64,000 nucleotides of DNA from Nitrospirota bacterium (GTDB lineage Bacteria; Nitrospirota; UBA9217), in the NCBI GenBank assembly GCA_963737155.1, contig CAVTRN010000002.1, forward strand, positions 2,400,001 to 2,464,000. The letters are read 5' to 3'. Under the pieces are notes generated by a model, which saw nothing but the letters and a program-made list of their open reading frames with translations, was not told the DNA's origin and made no database searches. Positions 41,040 to 52,638 of this stretch are shown here, one piece after another. The translations under genes and the position numbers were made by a program. Each line of letters starts with the position of its first letter. Position 1 is the stretch's first letter.

Positions 41040-41658
41040 TGAACGCCCCTCCCAAGCTGGAACTGACCAGTACCGCTCCTTGCAAATCCTCGACGAGCTT
41101 TCGGGCAACGATTCACTCACACAACGCGACCTAAGCAGTCGTCTCGGCATTGCCCTTGGCCTAGTCAATTCTTATATCAAAAACCTTGTAGCAAAAGGAT
41201 ATATCACGATCAAGACCATTCCTTCGAAGCGGTATGCCTATTATCTGACACCCAAAGGCTTTACCGAAAAAACTCACCTCACCTACCACCTGCTCCAGGA
41301 CTACACACGCATCTATCGCGAGGCGCGAGTAAACTTTAAATTATTGTTCCGTGACCTAGAGATTAAAGGTGCACAGAAAATTGTTTTTGCCGGAGCTGAC
41401 GAGGTTGCTGAAATCGCTTATATTACTTCACAGGAAACGGGCTTGAGACTTGTCGGCGTGCTGGATGATGAGAAAGCTGGTGAAAAGTTCTTTGGCATAG
41501 CCATCAAACCATTAAAAGATGCCTATGCTTTAGACTACGACATCATCGTAGTGACTTCCTATCTCAACAGAAAAACGATTTACCAGGAATTAATCGCCGC
41601 TAATGTGGAGAAGAAGAATATCCAAGTCATATTTTCGCGTAAAAATGATCACCTATGA
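41032..41658 (+). CDS. EPS-associated MarR-type wHTH regulator with a C-terminal Rossmann-like domain
   Basis: TQRDLS..LGIALGLVN.Y.K.L..KG, YYLTPKGFTEK, AGADEVAEIAY. Confidence 0.88.
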   Translation: MNIERPSQAGTDQYRSLQILDELSGNDSLTQRDLSSRLGIALGLVNSYIKNLVAKGYITIKTIPSKRYAYYLTPKGFTEKTHLTYHLLQDYTRIYREARVNFKLLFRDLEIKGAQKIVFAGADEVAEIAYITSQETGLRLVGVLDDEKAGEKFFGIAIKPLKDAYALDYDIIVVTSYLNRKTIYQELIAANVEKKNIQVIFSRKNDHL

Positions 41659-41712
41659 TGCATCAATAAATTGAGCGAACACAACTTGATGATGGGCAGT
41701 ACCGATTTAGGG

Positions 41713-42672
41713 ATGGAGCAATTGGATTACACTAACCTCAAAGTATTCGTAGCCGGACATAAGGGGCTTGTAGGAAGCGCCTTGGTAAGGCGTTTGACAG
41801 CTTGCGGCTACCGGAACATCATCACCGCTGGCCGCGATGAGTTGGATCTCTTGAATCATTCGGCAGTGAACGATTTTTTTCGTTTAAAGCGGCCTGATAT
41901 TGTTTACCTTGCCGCAGCCAAGGTTGGAGGCATCTATTCAAATAATACCTATCCTGCGGACTTCATACTGGAAAATTTAAAAGTCCAAAATAACGTTATC
42001 GAGTTTGCCTGGCGATATGGTGTTCAGAAACTGCTATTTCTCGGCTCTAGCTGTGTTTACCCTAAGATGGCTCCGCAACCGATTAAAGAAGAATATTTGC
42101 TGACATCTTCACTCGAACCGACGAATGAACCTTATGCCATCGCAAAAATAGCAGGTATAAAACTGTGCGGCGCTTTGAATAGACAATATGGAACGAACTT
42201 TATCTCCGTGATGCCGACGAATTTGTATGGACCCAACGATAACTATCATCCGAAAAACGCTCATGTAATCCCGATGCTCTTACGGCGGTTTCATGAAGCA
42301 AAGATCAACGGACAGTCATCGGTAACAGTATGGGGAACAGGCATGCCCCGCCGCGAGTTCATGTATGTTGATGATATGGCTGAAGCATGCGTATTTCTCA
42401 TGGAAAATTTTTCTGATAAGGATATCGGCGAGTTGATAAATATCGGCACGGGAGAAGACTGCACGATCCGGGAACTGGCAGATTTTATAAAAAAGACCGT
42501 TGGATTCAGTGGTGAGATTAAATTTGACACTACCAAGCCGGACGGAACACCGCGCAAACTCATAGATGTTTCCCGACTGCACCTGTTGGGGTGGCGCCAT
42601 AAAATATCTCTGCAGGAAGGTCTTGCTAAAGCTTATGAAGATTTTTTCACAAACTCCTCCATCCTGAAATAG
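41713..42672 (+). CDS. fcl: GDP-L-fucose synthase
   Basis: [44 protein letters not shown]. Confidence 0.95.
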   Translation: MEQLDYTNLKVFVAGHKGLVGSALVRRLTACGYRNIITAGRDELDLLNHSAVNDFFRLKRPDIVYLAAAKVGGIYSNNTYPADFILENLKVQNNVIEFAWRYGVQKLLFLGSSCVYPKMAPQPIKEEYLLTSSLEPTNEPYAIAKIAGIKLCGALNRQYGTNFISVMPTNLYGPNDNYHPKNAHVIPMLLRRFHEAKINGQSSVTVWGTGMPRREFMYVDDMAEACVFLMENFSDKDIGELINIGTGEDCTIRELADFIKKTVGFSGEIKFDTTKPDGTPRKLIDVSRLHLLGWRHKISLQEGLAKAYEDFFTNSSILK

Positions 42673-42703
42673 AAAAATTCAAGAGACCGTTCTCCATAGA
42701 TAG

Positions 42704-42990
42704 CTCCGAGAGCTTAAGGATGGCGGCAAGTCGGATATCGTTTTGATGACACGGAGGCTGTCGCGGAGATCGCCTTTATCTCCGTCTAGGAAGAAGACCT
42801 ATACCTGGCGGGATACTGGATAAAAGTCTTGAGTGCAAAAACTCATTCAAAATAAGGAAAGACTGGTGATCTTTTTTATACCAGAGATTACGACTGCATT
42901 CTTGAAATGTCCTTACGTAAAACGGCACAAATAGTACAAGGAGCTTCTGAAGTATGGCGCTTCAAAAAAGGCTAAACGCACGATTTTTCT
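42704..42990 (+). pseudogene. Decayed paralog of the C-terminal half of the MarR-type regulator
   Basis: Fragments LRELKDGGKSDIV/VAEIAFISV*EEDLYLAG/ILD..RDYDCIL..QI/YKELLKYGASKK..TIF align with the intact FRDLEIKG..VAEIAYITSQE..LDYDIIV..IYQELI..KK..VIF. Confidence 0.7.
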
Positions 42991-43046
42991 CGGCTGATCC
43001 ATCTTGGCAACTCCCCATCAGCTTTCTGGAAATACGAGGCTAGTTT

Positions 43047-44561
43047 ATGACGCGTCTTCAGCTGAACCTTATCGCCAATTTTACGGGGCAGGGCTGGGCT
43101 ACCCTGATGGGGCTCGCATTTGTCCCTCTGTACATTAAATTTCTCGGGATCGGGGCTTATGGCTTGATCGGATTTTACGCCATGCTTCAGGCCTCCTTGC
43201 AGATACTGGATTTAGGTTTGAGTCAAACCATGAACCGCGAACTGGCCCGGTATTCCGTTTTAGCGGACAAGGCGGGCGAAGCACGCGATTTCGTTCGAAC
43301 ACTAGAAAGCAGCTATTGGGCGATAGGCATCATCATTGGCGCTGCAGTGTGCATAGCTTCGCCATTCATTGCAGAACATTGGATCAAAAGTGGAGATACC
43401 CCCGTAAAAACGGTCGAGCAGGCAGTGATGGCTATGGGTTTCTTGGCAGCCCTGCAATGGCCACTCAGCTTTTACGAAGGCGGGCTGCTCGGCCTCCAAA
43501 AGCAAGTACTGTACAACGGCATTAAAATCGTTATGACCACGCTCAGTGGCTTCGGCGCCGTTTTCATCTTGTGGAGAATATCTCCGACGATCACTGCATT
43601 TTTCAAATGGCAAATCGCTGTCAGTGCCCTTTATGTCACCTCGGTTACCCTGTTCCTTTGGCGCAATCTGCCGATGAGCGACCATTCCCCACGTTTTAGT
43701 GGCAAGATACTGAAAAACATTTGGCTCTTCGCCGCTGGAATTAGCGGCATTACACTCTCAGCCATCGTATTAACGCAGATGGACAAGATGATTCTGAGCA
43801 AGCTCCTCCCACTTGAAATGTTCGGGTATTATACACTAGCGGGTGTCGTGAGCAGTGTCATTCCGTTCTTGATTGTCGGTCCGGTTTTCAACACCCTGTT
43901 CCCCCGCTTCACGTCGCTGGTGGCAATAGATGACCTTTCGTCCTTGAGGCTACTGTACCATCAAAGTACCCAGCTCATGGCCACTCTGGTGTTGCCGGTT
44001 GCATGCGTTCTGGCGTTCTTCTCCTTCGACATCCTTCTTGTCTGGACCGGGTCTACCGCAACGGCGGGAGCTGTCGCTCCCATCGTTAGCGTTTTAGTGA
44101 TCGGCATGGCCCTTAATGCCCTTATGACTCTACCCTATGCGCTGCAGCTATCCCACGGATGGACGAGCATAGGCCTGCGCATCAATATATTCCTGATCGT
44201 TACGCTGGTGCCATTCATCTATTTCATGGCAACGCACTACGGTGCAGTGGGTGCGGCATTCGTATGGATAGCACTGAACGGCATATATATGCTTATCGGC
44301 GTTCCATTGACGCATCGACGTCTCCTACAGGGAGAGATGTGGCACTGGTTCGTCGAGGATATCGCTCCCCCTTTAGGTGCTGCTCTGGTCGTAACAGGGA
44401 TCGGACGATGGCTAATCGCGGACTTCCTGCCTCCCATGAAGATGATTATAAACCTGTCCGCAGTATTGTTGTGTGCCTTGATGGCAACGGCTCTGGTTGC
44501 ACGGCATATGAGAACATGGATACTCGTACAATTGGAGAAGGTGGGCTTGATTCGGATATAA
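43047..44561 (+). CDS. wzx: Wzx-type polysaccharide flippase (MOP family)
   Basis: About 12-14 TM helices; YGLIG, LDLGL, QMDKMILSK, FGYY. Confidence 0.88.
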   Translation: MTRLQLNLIANFTGQGWATLMGLAFVPLYIKFLGIGAYGLIGFYAMLQASLQILDLGLSQTMNRELARYSVLADKAGEARDFVRTLESSYWAIGIIIGAAVCIASPFIAEHWIKSGDTPVKTVEQAVMAMGFLAALQWPLSFYEGGLLGLQKQVLYNGIKIVMTTLSGFGAVFILWRISPTITAFFKWQIAVSALYVTSVTLFLWRNLPMSDHSPRFSGKILKNIWLFAAGISGITLSAIVLTQMDKMILSKLLPLEMFGYYTLAGVVSSVIPFLIVGPVFNTLFPRFTSLVAIDDLSSLRLLYHQSTQLMATLVLPVACVLAFFSFDILLVWTGSTATAGAVAPIVSVLVIGMALNALMTLPYALQLSHGWTSIGLRINIFLIVTLVPFIYFMATHYGAVGAAFVWIALNGIYMLIGVPLTHRRLLQGEMWHWFVEDIAPPLGAALVVTGIGRWLIADFLPPMKMIINLSAVLLCALMATALVARHMRTWILVQLEKVGLIRI

Positions 44562-44671
44562 AATCATTATTACTTCAGCATTCCAAAGTTATATCTTGAC
44601 AGGTAGTTCCCCATACTCAAGTCAAACAATATGGAACCACCGTGGAAAGACTAAGCGTATTAAGTCACAGA

Positions 44672-44945
44672 ATTTTATGCGACATTTCCGTCTCAAGTGA
44701 ACTTACCAAAGTAATTGATCTTGGCCGATAATATTCGCATCGTTTATTTGTTGAACGGACAAAGAAATACCATCCGTTTGGATACTGGTAAAACTGCTCC
44801 GTTTCGACCCGACGAATAATGAGCGCGTTTGCGGTCTGCTGCAGATTGAGCACGGTATTCCTCCGGGATTTTTGGATTCACCATAATGCTGATATCGTCC
44901 CGGAACGAATAATACTATACAAATATGGCTAAGGCGTATTCGACC
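44672..44945 (+). pseudogene. Decayed N-terminal fragment of an NDP-sugar C-methyltransferase
   Basis: CDISVSSELTKVIDLG..LLRFDPTNNERVCGLLQIEHGIPP..*YRPGTNNT, with stops and frameshifts, parallels the intact gene (VLNLG..GLLQLRH..YRSGLNQS). Confidence 0.65.
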
Positions 44946-44970
44946 AATAGGCTCATATGTGGAGATTATC

Positions 44971-46872
44971 ATGGAAGTAGATGCTAAAGTTGTATTGTTT
45001 GTGTCTCACAAAAAAACACAGTGCGGTGTTTATGAATTTGGGAAATCCATTACTGATGTGTTACAACATTCAAAGCGTTATCAATTCATACGGGTTGAAT
45101 GTTCGTCATTAGCCGATTTGCACGCTGCCATTGCTGAGAAGAGACCTGCCGCTATAATCTATAATTATATGCCAGCAGTATTGCCGTGGGTAGCAGAAAG
45201 TATTGGTCCTAACCTGTACAGGTCTAATATTGCATCTATTACGATTCCTCAAATTGGAATCATACATGAACTGACTCAAGATGTGGCTGATACAGCCATA
45301 AATTATAAATTAAAATATTTTTACAATAATAAATATGCTTTAGTCAATTCCTTGTTTGATTTTTATATAGCACCAGATCCTACGCTACTTTTGCTAAATC
45401 CTGTTGTCTATAAAACAGGGAGACTAATTCCAGCGTACAAGAATAATTTTCCGCTTTCATTAAAACCTGTAATTGGAAGTTTTGGTTTTGGGACTCCGAA
45501 TAAAGGATTTGAAAGAATTGTTCAATTAGTCCAGCAAGAATATGATGAAGCTGTTATACAGTTTAATATTCCTGCATCTGATTTTTGTGATAAGAATGGC
45601 GCTAATGCGAAATCTATTGCTGAAGAGTGCAAAGCACTAATATCAAAACCGGGCATTCAGTTAAACATTACTCACAATTTTTTCGATAACAAAGCCATGC
45701 TGGATTTTTTGGCGCAAAATACCGTTAACGTATTTTTGTATGAAGATAATAACAACCGGGGATTGTCAAGTGCGATAGATTACGCCATGGCAGTCCAAAG
45801 GCCCATTGCCGTTTCGGATAGCGTAATGTTCAGGCATTTATTCGATGTCGAACCGTCTATATGCATTGCTAGAAACAGTCTAAAAGCAATCACCCAAAAC
45901 GGTTTTGCTCCCCTGAGACAACATTATGATGAATGGAATGCAGATAATCTTTTATGGGAATACGAACGGATACTGGGTTCGATTTTTGTGAAACAAAAGA
46001 AACTCTCAAGACAAGATACAAGCATTATAAGGAGTTTACAATCAAAATGGCATGGGCTACTATCAAGGCCGATTAAAACATTTACCTGGTTGCGAAGCCC
46101 GATACAGGCAACTGAGGATGATTTAAAAAAGGATGTTTCAGCTCGATATCAACCAGTACTGATCCCCGTGGGTGTTCCTTTGAATCGTGTTCTCGATCAT
46201 AAAGCACGAGAATTATACAAACCTGCTAGTGATAAGCTGATGGATTTGGTTCCGAAAACGATGGCAAAAAAAATCAAAGAAGCCAACGTACAGCAAGCAT
46301 TTGTATTTGACACCGTCTATCGTTATATTTCTCTATATCAAAAACCAAAAGTGTTATGCGTGGGATGTTATGAGGATACTGCGTCTATGGGTTTGAAAAA
46401 AATGGGCTACTCAATTGAAGAGATAGACCCGATGATTAATTATTACTTGCAGGAGTATTTTACAAAACCGACAACAATTAAGAATTCTTATGATATTATA
46501 TTTTCCACTTCAGTAATTGAACACGATCCGGACGATGAGTCGTTTGTAACGTGCATTGCTGATTTGCTAGCCCCTGGCGGCGTAAGTGTGATTACTTGTG
46601 ATTATAAAGATGGTTGGAAACCGCACGAGCCAAAACCTGAAGGTAATGAGCGGTTTTATACAAAGGAAGATTTGCAGAACCGTTTATTGCCATTGATGAA
46701 GGGCTGTTATCTTGTAGATGAACCACAATGGAATTGTACAAGTCCTGATTTTAATTATTTGGGTAAGTATCAGTATACTTTTGCGACTTTTGTTCTTAAA
46801 AAAGTCATGACCACCGGCGTAGCCGGTGGCTCGGTTAAGCCCCGTAAGGGCAGCGTTAGTGGCCCCCCTTAA
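44971..46872 (+). CDS. Fused GT-B-like glycosyltransferase and SAM-dependent methyltransferase
   Basis: N-terminal CGVYEFG, GSFGF..NKG, GLSSAIDYAMA..RP; C-terminal VLCVG, YDIIFSTSVIEH, LAPGG. Confidence 0.7.
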   Translation: MEVDAKVVLFVSHKKTQCGVYEFGKSITDVLQHSKRYQFIRVECSSLADLHAAIAEKRPAAIIYNYMPAVLPWVAESIGPNLYRSNIASITIPQIGIIHELTQDVADTAINYKLKYFYNNKYALVNSLFDFYIAPDPTLLLLNPVVYKTGRLIPAYKNNFPLSLKPVIGSFGFGTPNKGFERIVQLVQQEYDEAVIQFNIPASDFCDKNGANAKSIAEECKALISKPGIQLNITHNFFDNKAMLDFLAQNTVNVFLYEDNNNRGLSSAIDYAMAVQRPIAVSDSVMFRHLFDVEPSICIARNSLKAITQNGFAPLRQHYDEWNADNLLWEYERILGSIFVKQKKLSRQDTSIIRSLQSKWHGLLSRPIKTFTWLRSPIQATEDDLKKDVSARYQPVLIPVGVPLNRVLDHKARELYKPASDKLMDLVPKTMAKKIKEANVQQAFVFDTVYRYISLYQKPKVLCVGCYEDTASMGLKKMGYSIEEIDPMINYYLQEYFTKPTTIKNSYDIIFSTSVIEHDPDDESFVTCIADLLAPGGVSVITCDYKDGWKPHEPKPEGNERFYTKEDLQNRLLPLMKGCYLVDEPQWNCTSPDFNYLGKYQYTFATFVLKKVMTTGVAGGSVKPRKGSVSGPP

Positions 46873-46880
46873 GGGGGCAA
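46804..46880 (-). mobile_element. IS200/IS605-type end remnant (hairpins only)
   Basis: CCACCGGC-GTA-GCCGGTGG and GCCCCC-CTTAA-GGGGGC hairpins ending GGTGGTCATGAC on the minus strand; no transposase. Confidence 0.6.
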
Positions 46881-47523
46881 TTTCTTTCTTCTTTATCAGA
46901 AGCGTCGCGATTACACACCGTGCCTTTTTGCAACATGATATATTTCCTTTTTTGCTGAAATGCTCGTGGCTATCATTACTATTACGACTCATATGTTCTT
47001 CTTGCGATTATTTGCGGTTACTGTTCGATATATCAAGCACAAATTTTCTTACATGACACAAGATGTAATTCAAACTTCGTGGTGTGAGTACACCGGGAAC
47101 GATATTTAGCAACTATACACAACACTCTACAGCCCGAATGCAACGCCTTGCATAAATGCATTCCTGTTGTAACGGCACCATACGTACGAGGGCATATCGT
47201 AGTCGGGGGCTTAGCTTGGGAATTACGGGAGCAGTACAGGCGAAGCTTATTTTCAGATAATCTAATAAAATCATCGGTTGGTGGAAAAGAACACTGATGA
47301 AAATACCTAATTTTCTGCTTGAATTTCTGAGATGGTCACTCCTTATCCTAAGTGTGCGTGCTTTAGGAATTAAGATCATCGGAATAGCGCGAAGTCTGAG
47401 AGAGTTGGTATCGATTGATATGTTGAGCATAAGCAGTTGTTCAGTTAATCACCAGTTTCAATAGAACCAAATTTTATTTTGCCGCCAATGCTTCATATGT
47501 TTTTTAGATAGGAGGATTTGTTT

Positions 47524-48762
47524 GTGACTGCATATAAAGAAATCGATAAATGTCGCTTAAGCGGAAGCAAAAACTTGGTGCCTGTCCTCAATCTCGGGCA
47601 TCAGGTCTTAACAGGGGTATTCCCGAAAAGTATATCCGAACAAATCACAGCCGGTCCTCTTGAACTCGTATGGTGTCCAGACGGCGGTCTGCTGCAGTTG
47701 CGCCACTCCTATGACCCGGGTGAAATGTATGGCCAGAATTACGGCTACCGGTCTGGGCTGAATCAATCGATGGTCAACCACCTGACGGAAAAGGCCCGTT
47801 ACCTTGAACGACTGGCCGTACTAAAATCGGGGGACGTTGTGCTGGACATCGGCAGCAATGACGCAACTACACTGAAGGCATATTCGGTCAACGGGGTTAA
47901 ATTGCTCGGCATTGATCCCACGGGAAGGAAATTCGCCCAGTACTATACGGAAAATATAAAACTGGTTCCGGATTTCTTCTCGGCCGACGCCTATCGAAGC
48001 GTAGAATCGCATCCGGCGCGAATCGTTACTTCCATAGCGATGTTCTATGATCTTGACTCACCGGTAGAATTTGCAAAGCAAATAGAATCGATTCTCGCAG
48101 ACGACGGGATATGGCACTTTGAGCAAAGCTACATGCCCTCCATGCTGCGATTGAATGCTTACGATACGATATGCCATGAGCATCTGGAGTACTACTCACT
48201 CACCGTAGTAAAGTATATTCTTGAGAAAGCGGGACTGAAAATTGTAGACGTCGTGATGAACGCGATAAACGGAGGCAGTTTTGCCGTAACCGCCTCGAAG
48301 GCAGCTAATCGCACTATTGTTCAGAATTCCGCCGTCATCAACTGGTTGCTTGACCAGGAAGACAGAATGGGGCTAAATACTCCCCGCCCCTACCGCGATT
48401 TCGAAGAGCGTGTATTCCGCCATCGGGATGACCTCACTCGGCTTATTCGCGCTTTGAATGCAGATGGCAAAAAGATCCTCGGTTATGGCGCCTCAACAAA
48501 AGGAAATGTCGTTCTCCAGTTCTGCGGCTTGACTAAGAACGATATTCCTGCAATTGCAGAAGTCAATCAGGATAAATTCGACTGTTTCACGCCGGGCACC
48601 CATATTCCGATTATATCAGAACAGGAAGCACGGTCGATGAACCCTGATTACTTTCTAGTGCTTCCCTGGCACTTCAAGGATGGGATTCTTCGGCGTGAGA
48701 AAGAGTATTTGACGAACGGTGGGAAAATGATATTTCCATTCCCTGAAATTGAGATAGTGTAA
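47524..48762 (+). CDS. NDP-hexose C-methyltransferase family protein
   Basis: DIGSNDAT, DTICHEHLEYY, INGGS, YGASTKG, PGTHIPI, LPWHF. Confidence 0.88.
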   Translation: MTAYKEIDKCRLSGSKNLVPVLNLGHQVLTGVFPKSISEQITAGPLELVWCPDGGLLQLRHSYDPGEMYGQNYGYRSGLNQSMVNHLTEKARYLERLAVLKSGDVVLDIGSNDATTLKAYSVNGVKLLGIDPTGRKFAQYYTENIKLVPDFFSADAYRSVESHPARIVTSIAMFYDLDSPVEFAKQIESILADDGIWHFEQSYMPSMLRLNAYDTICHEHLEYYSLTVVKYILEKAGLKIVDVVMNAINGGSFAVTASKAANRTIVQNSAVINWLLDQEDRMGLNTPRPYRDFEERVFRHRDDLTRLIRALNADGKKILGYGASTKGNVVLQFCGLTKNDIPAIAEVNQDKFDCFTPGTHIPIISEQEARSMNPDYFLVLPWHFKDGILRREKEYLTNGGKMIFPFPEIEIV

Positions 48763-48838
48763 CCTTAATCCAGACGAGTACCTGCTGTCTATGCACTTTT
48801 GAGACATCCCTATTTGAGAAGGGTGGAATATTGGCTCA

Positions 48839-49711
48839 ATGAAAGCGATAATTTTCGGCGCAAGTGGTCAAGACGGACATTACTTGATGGAGTTGTGCAA
48901 GCTAAGGCATATTGAGCCAATAGGTGTATCTCGTTCTGGTAACGGCATAAAAGGGGACGTGTCCATCTACAGGGAGGTCGAGCATTTAGTCAGTAAACAC
49001 AAACCTGCATACGTGTTTCATGTCGCGGCCAAATCAACAACGCGACACGAAGCGCTATTTGAAAACCATGAAACTATTTCTACTGGCACGCTTAACATCC
49101 TTGAGGCAGTAAATAAACATTGCCCTGAATCAAAAGTATTCCTAACCGGTAGTGGCGTTCAGTTTGTAAACATGGGGCTGCCAATATCCGAAACTAATGC
49201 CTTTGAAGCGAGCAGCCCCTACTCCGTTGCACGCATTCAATCGGTCTATGCAGGACGATACTATCGTACGCTCGGATTAAAAGTCTACATTGGTTACCTG
49301 TTTCATCATGAGAGTCCGCTCCGAAAACCGAACCATGTAAGCCAAATAATCGCACTTGCTGCACAGCGAATTGCAAAAGGTAGTAATGAGATTATTGAGT
49401 TAGGCGATATTTCCGTTGAAAAAGAATGGGCCTTTGCCGGGGACATTGCGAAGGGAATATTTACTTTGATCGAGCAAGACAGGATATTTGAAGCTACAAT
49501 CGGCACAGGTGAAGTATTTTCAATCGAAAATTGGCTTGAACAATGCTTCAGGCTTATCGGCAGGGATTGGCATAATCATGTTAAGCTGCGAGAGGATTTT
49601 TTTTCGGAATACAAGCGATTGTATTCAAACCCCCGCATCATTAATGAGCTTGGATGGTTTCCCTCCGTAAAGTTGCCTGAGCTTGCTGCAATGATGGTAA
49701 CTATATCATAG
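48839..49711 (+). CDS. GMD/RMD-like extended SDR sugar-nucleotide enzyme
   Basis: GASGQDG, SPYSVAR, LFHHESPLR. Confidence 0.82.
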   Translation: MKAIIFGASGQDGHYLMELCKLRHIEPIGVSRSGNGIKGDVSIYREVEHLVSKHKPAYVFHVAAKSTTRHEALFENHETISTGTLNILEAVNKHCPESKVFLTGSGVQFVNMGLPISETNAFEASSPYSVARIQSVYAGRYYRTLGLKVYIGYLFHHESPLRKPNHVSQIIALAAQRIAKGSNEIIELGDISVEKEWAFAGDIAKGIFTLIEQDRIFEATIGTGEVFSIENWLEQCFRLIGRDWHNHVKLREDFFSEYKRLYSNPRIINELGWFPSVKLPELAAMMVTIS

Positions 49712-49878
49712 TTTTGGCATTGGCTACAAACTATTCATCAAACGATAAAAAATTCCCCTGGAGAACAGAGAGCCATAATCGTTTCTCGCTTATCAATTTT
49801 TTTAGTGACAAACAACACTGTCGTAATAGACCAAACTATGGGAAGTATCACTTCCCAACTCAGTGAGAGAAATATTTC

Positions 49879-50907
49879 ATGAATAAAATTCGACTTTCGA
49901 TCTGTATTCCAACTTATAATTTTGGTTTGTTCATCGGAAAAACCCTTAAAAGTATTACGGATCAGCCAAGTGATGAAATAGAAGTCGTAGTGCTTGACGG
50001 AGGATCTACTGACAATACAGAAGAAATAGTACTGCGCTTTCAGCAGATCTTCCCTCGCATTAATTATCGACGGCTAGATAAAAAGGGAGGAATCGATAAA
50101 GATTTATTCAGAACGGTCGCATTGGCGCGGGGAAATTATTGTTGGTTAATGTCAAGTGATGACGTCATCAAGGCAGGAGCCATCCAGAGAGTTCTTGATG
50201 AAATTAAGCTAGAACATGATATTTACCTGTGCAATAGAACCGAGTGCGATCGTAATTTGAGTCCAATTCGCGATCGCCATTGGCTATCAGAAGACATCGG
50301 AGACCATGTTTTCAAGTTTTCAACACAAGCGGGATTCATAGATTATTTTAACAAATCGCTATCTATCGGCGCCCTTTTCAGCTATATGAGTTCTATAATT
50401 GTCCGCCGTGATAAGTGGAACGAGATTAAGTATAATGAGATATTTACAGGTAGCAATTATGCTCATGTATTTATGTTATTTTCCATTTTACAAAAAAATG
50501 CTACACTCAAATACATAAAAGATTCTCTCATATTAAGTCGTGGTGATAATGACAGCTTTTCAAAAGAAGGGTTGTTTAAGCGGCGGATGCTTGATATCGA
50601 TGGTTATCTTCTCCTGTCATCTCATTTATTCCCCAACGAAGCTGTTAGTAACTCTTTTTTAGCTGTTATGCAGCGAGAACATGCGTGGTATGATTTTGCA
50701 GCTTTAAAAAGATTTTCTCCCGACAAAGCTACTTGGAATGATTTAGAACAAAAATTGATTAAGTATCGATATTCACGTGCAATATTACTTATGGTAAAGA
50801 TCACTACGTCTTCCCCGTATCTGTTATCTGCAGCTCGCTGTCTTTGGAGAAGAGGTGCGAGAATAGCTGCTCGAATAGGATTATTGAATCAAAATAAAAA
50901 AAACTAG
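49879..50907 (+). CDS. GT2 glycosyltransferase (RfbV/WbaV-like)
   Basis: LSICIPTYN, DGGSTD, WLMSSDD, LFSYMSS, RGDNDSF. Confidence 0.85.
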   Translation: MNKIRLSICIPTYNFGLFIGKTLKSITDQPSDEIEVVVLDGGSTDNTEEIVLRFQQIFPRINYRRLDKKGGIDKDLFRTVALARGNYCWLMSSDDVIKAGAIQRVLDEIKLEHDIYLCNRTECDRNLSPIRDRHWLSEDIGDHVFKFSTQAGFIDYFNKSLSIGALFSYMSSIIVRRDKWNEIKYNEIFTGSNYAHVFMLFSILQKNATLKYIKDSLILSRGDNDSFSKEGLFKRRMLDIDGYLLLSSHLFPNEAVSNSFLAVMQREHAWYDFAALKRFSPDKATWNDLEQKLIKYRYSRAILLMVKITTSSPYLLSAARCLWRRGARIAARIGLLNQNKKN

Positions 50908-50937
50908 TAATACATATGTGTTATCTACCACCCTAGT

Positions 50938-51255
50938 GATGTCCGGGATTTTCTCAGGCCTTGTTTAAACATCTTCGAGAACCCTATGGTCCTGCTTTGG
51001 GATGGCGGTAGAATCCACCAACAGAAAGAAGTCAAGCAATTGATTATCGGGCATTCGAGGCGCCAAAGCGAACGGTTCCCGGCAAATGCACCTGGTTCAA
51101 CCCTGCTGAGTATGTTTGGAATCAAACCGACCGCGCTCGCGCAAACAGCGAGCCGGAATAACTATCATCTATCAGTTGGTTATTACGAAGTTCTGTGCGT
51201 ACACTCTGCGGATCGATAAAGCTCCTTTGGTCTTGCATCTATACATTCAAGCTGA
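50938..51255 (+). pseudogene. IS630-family transposase C-terminal remnant
   Basis: VLLWDGGRIHQQKEV..ERFPANAP, then shifted frame NPAEYVWNQTDRARANSEP (PxYxPELNPxExVW motif). Confidence 0.75.
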
Positions 51256-51595
51256 CTTTTCGTACAAGATAACGGTTTCCATTATTAATGCAAATCTAAA
51301 TAATATCAACCATGATATTATGATGTATAAATTGTCATGCGGCTATCTTTATTGCTCTTGGAAATACGTAAGAATGAAGACGTAAATAACGTTTGTTCAG
51401 GGTGATTATTCTATACGGTCCTATCGGGAAAAGAAAAGTTGTAGTCGCCAGTATTTATGCCAGATTCGAATATGTCTGTGGACGAATTCGTCCTTCAGAG
51501 CAACATCGAGTTATTGACCTTTTTTATCGATTTTCGCGGAGACAACGCTTGGCAGCCCACAATCACCAAGGTACATACCTTTTATGGCATCGTAG

Positions 51596-52588
<993 letters not shown>

Positions 52589-52638
52589 ATGACATTCCAG
52601 GGTTCGTAAATTTTAAAACACTAATAATGGTACTGTAA

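Noticed and set aside
46881-47517. Possible glycosyltransferase relic or ORF 47113-47430
   Set aside because: Only vague similarity; no motif could be traced
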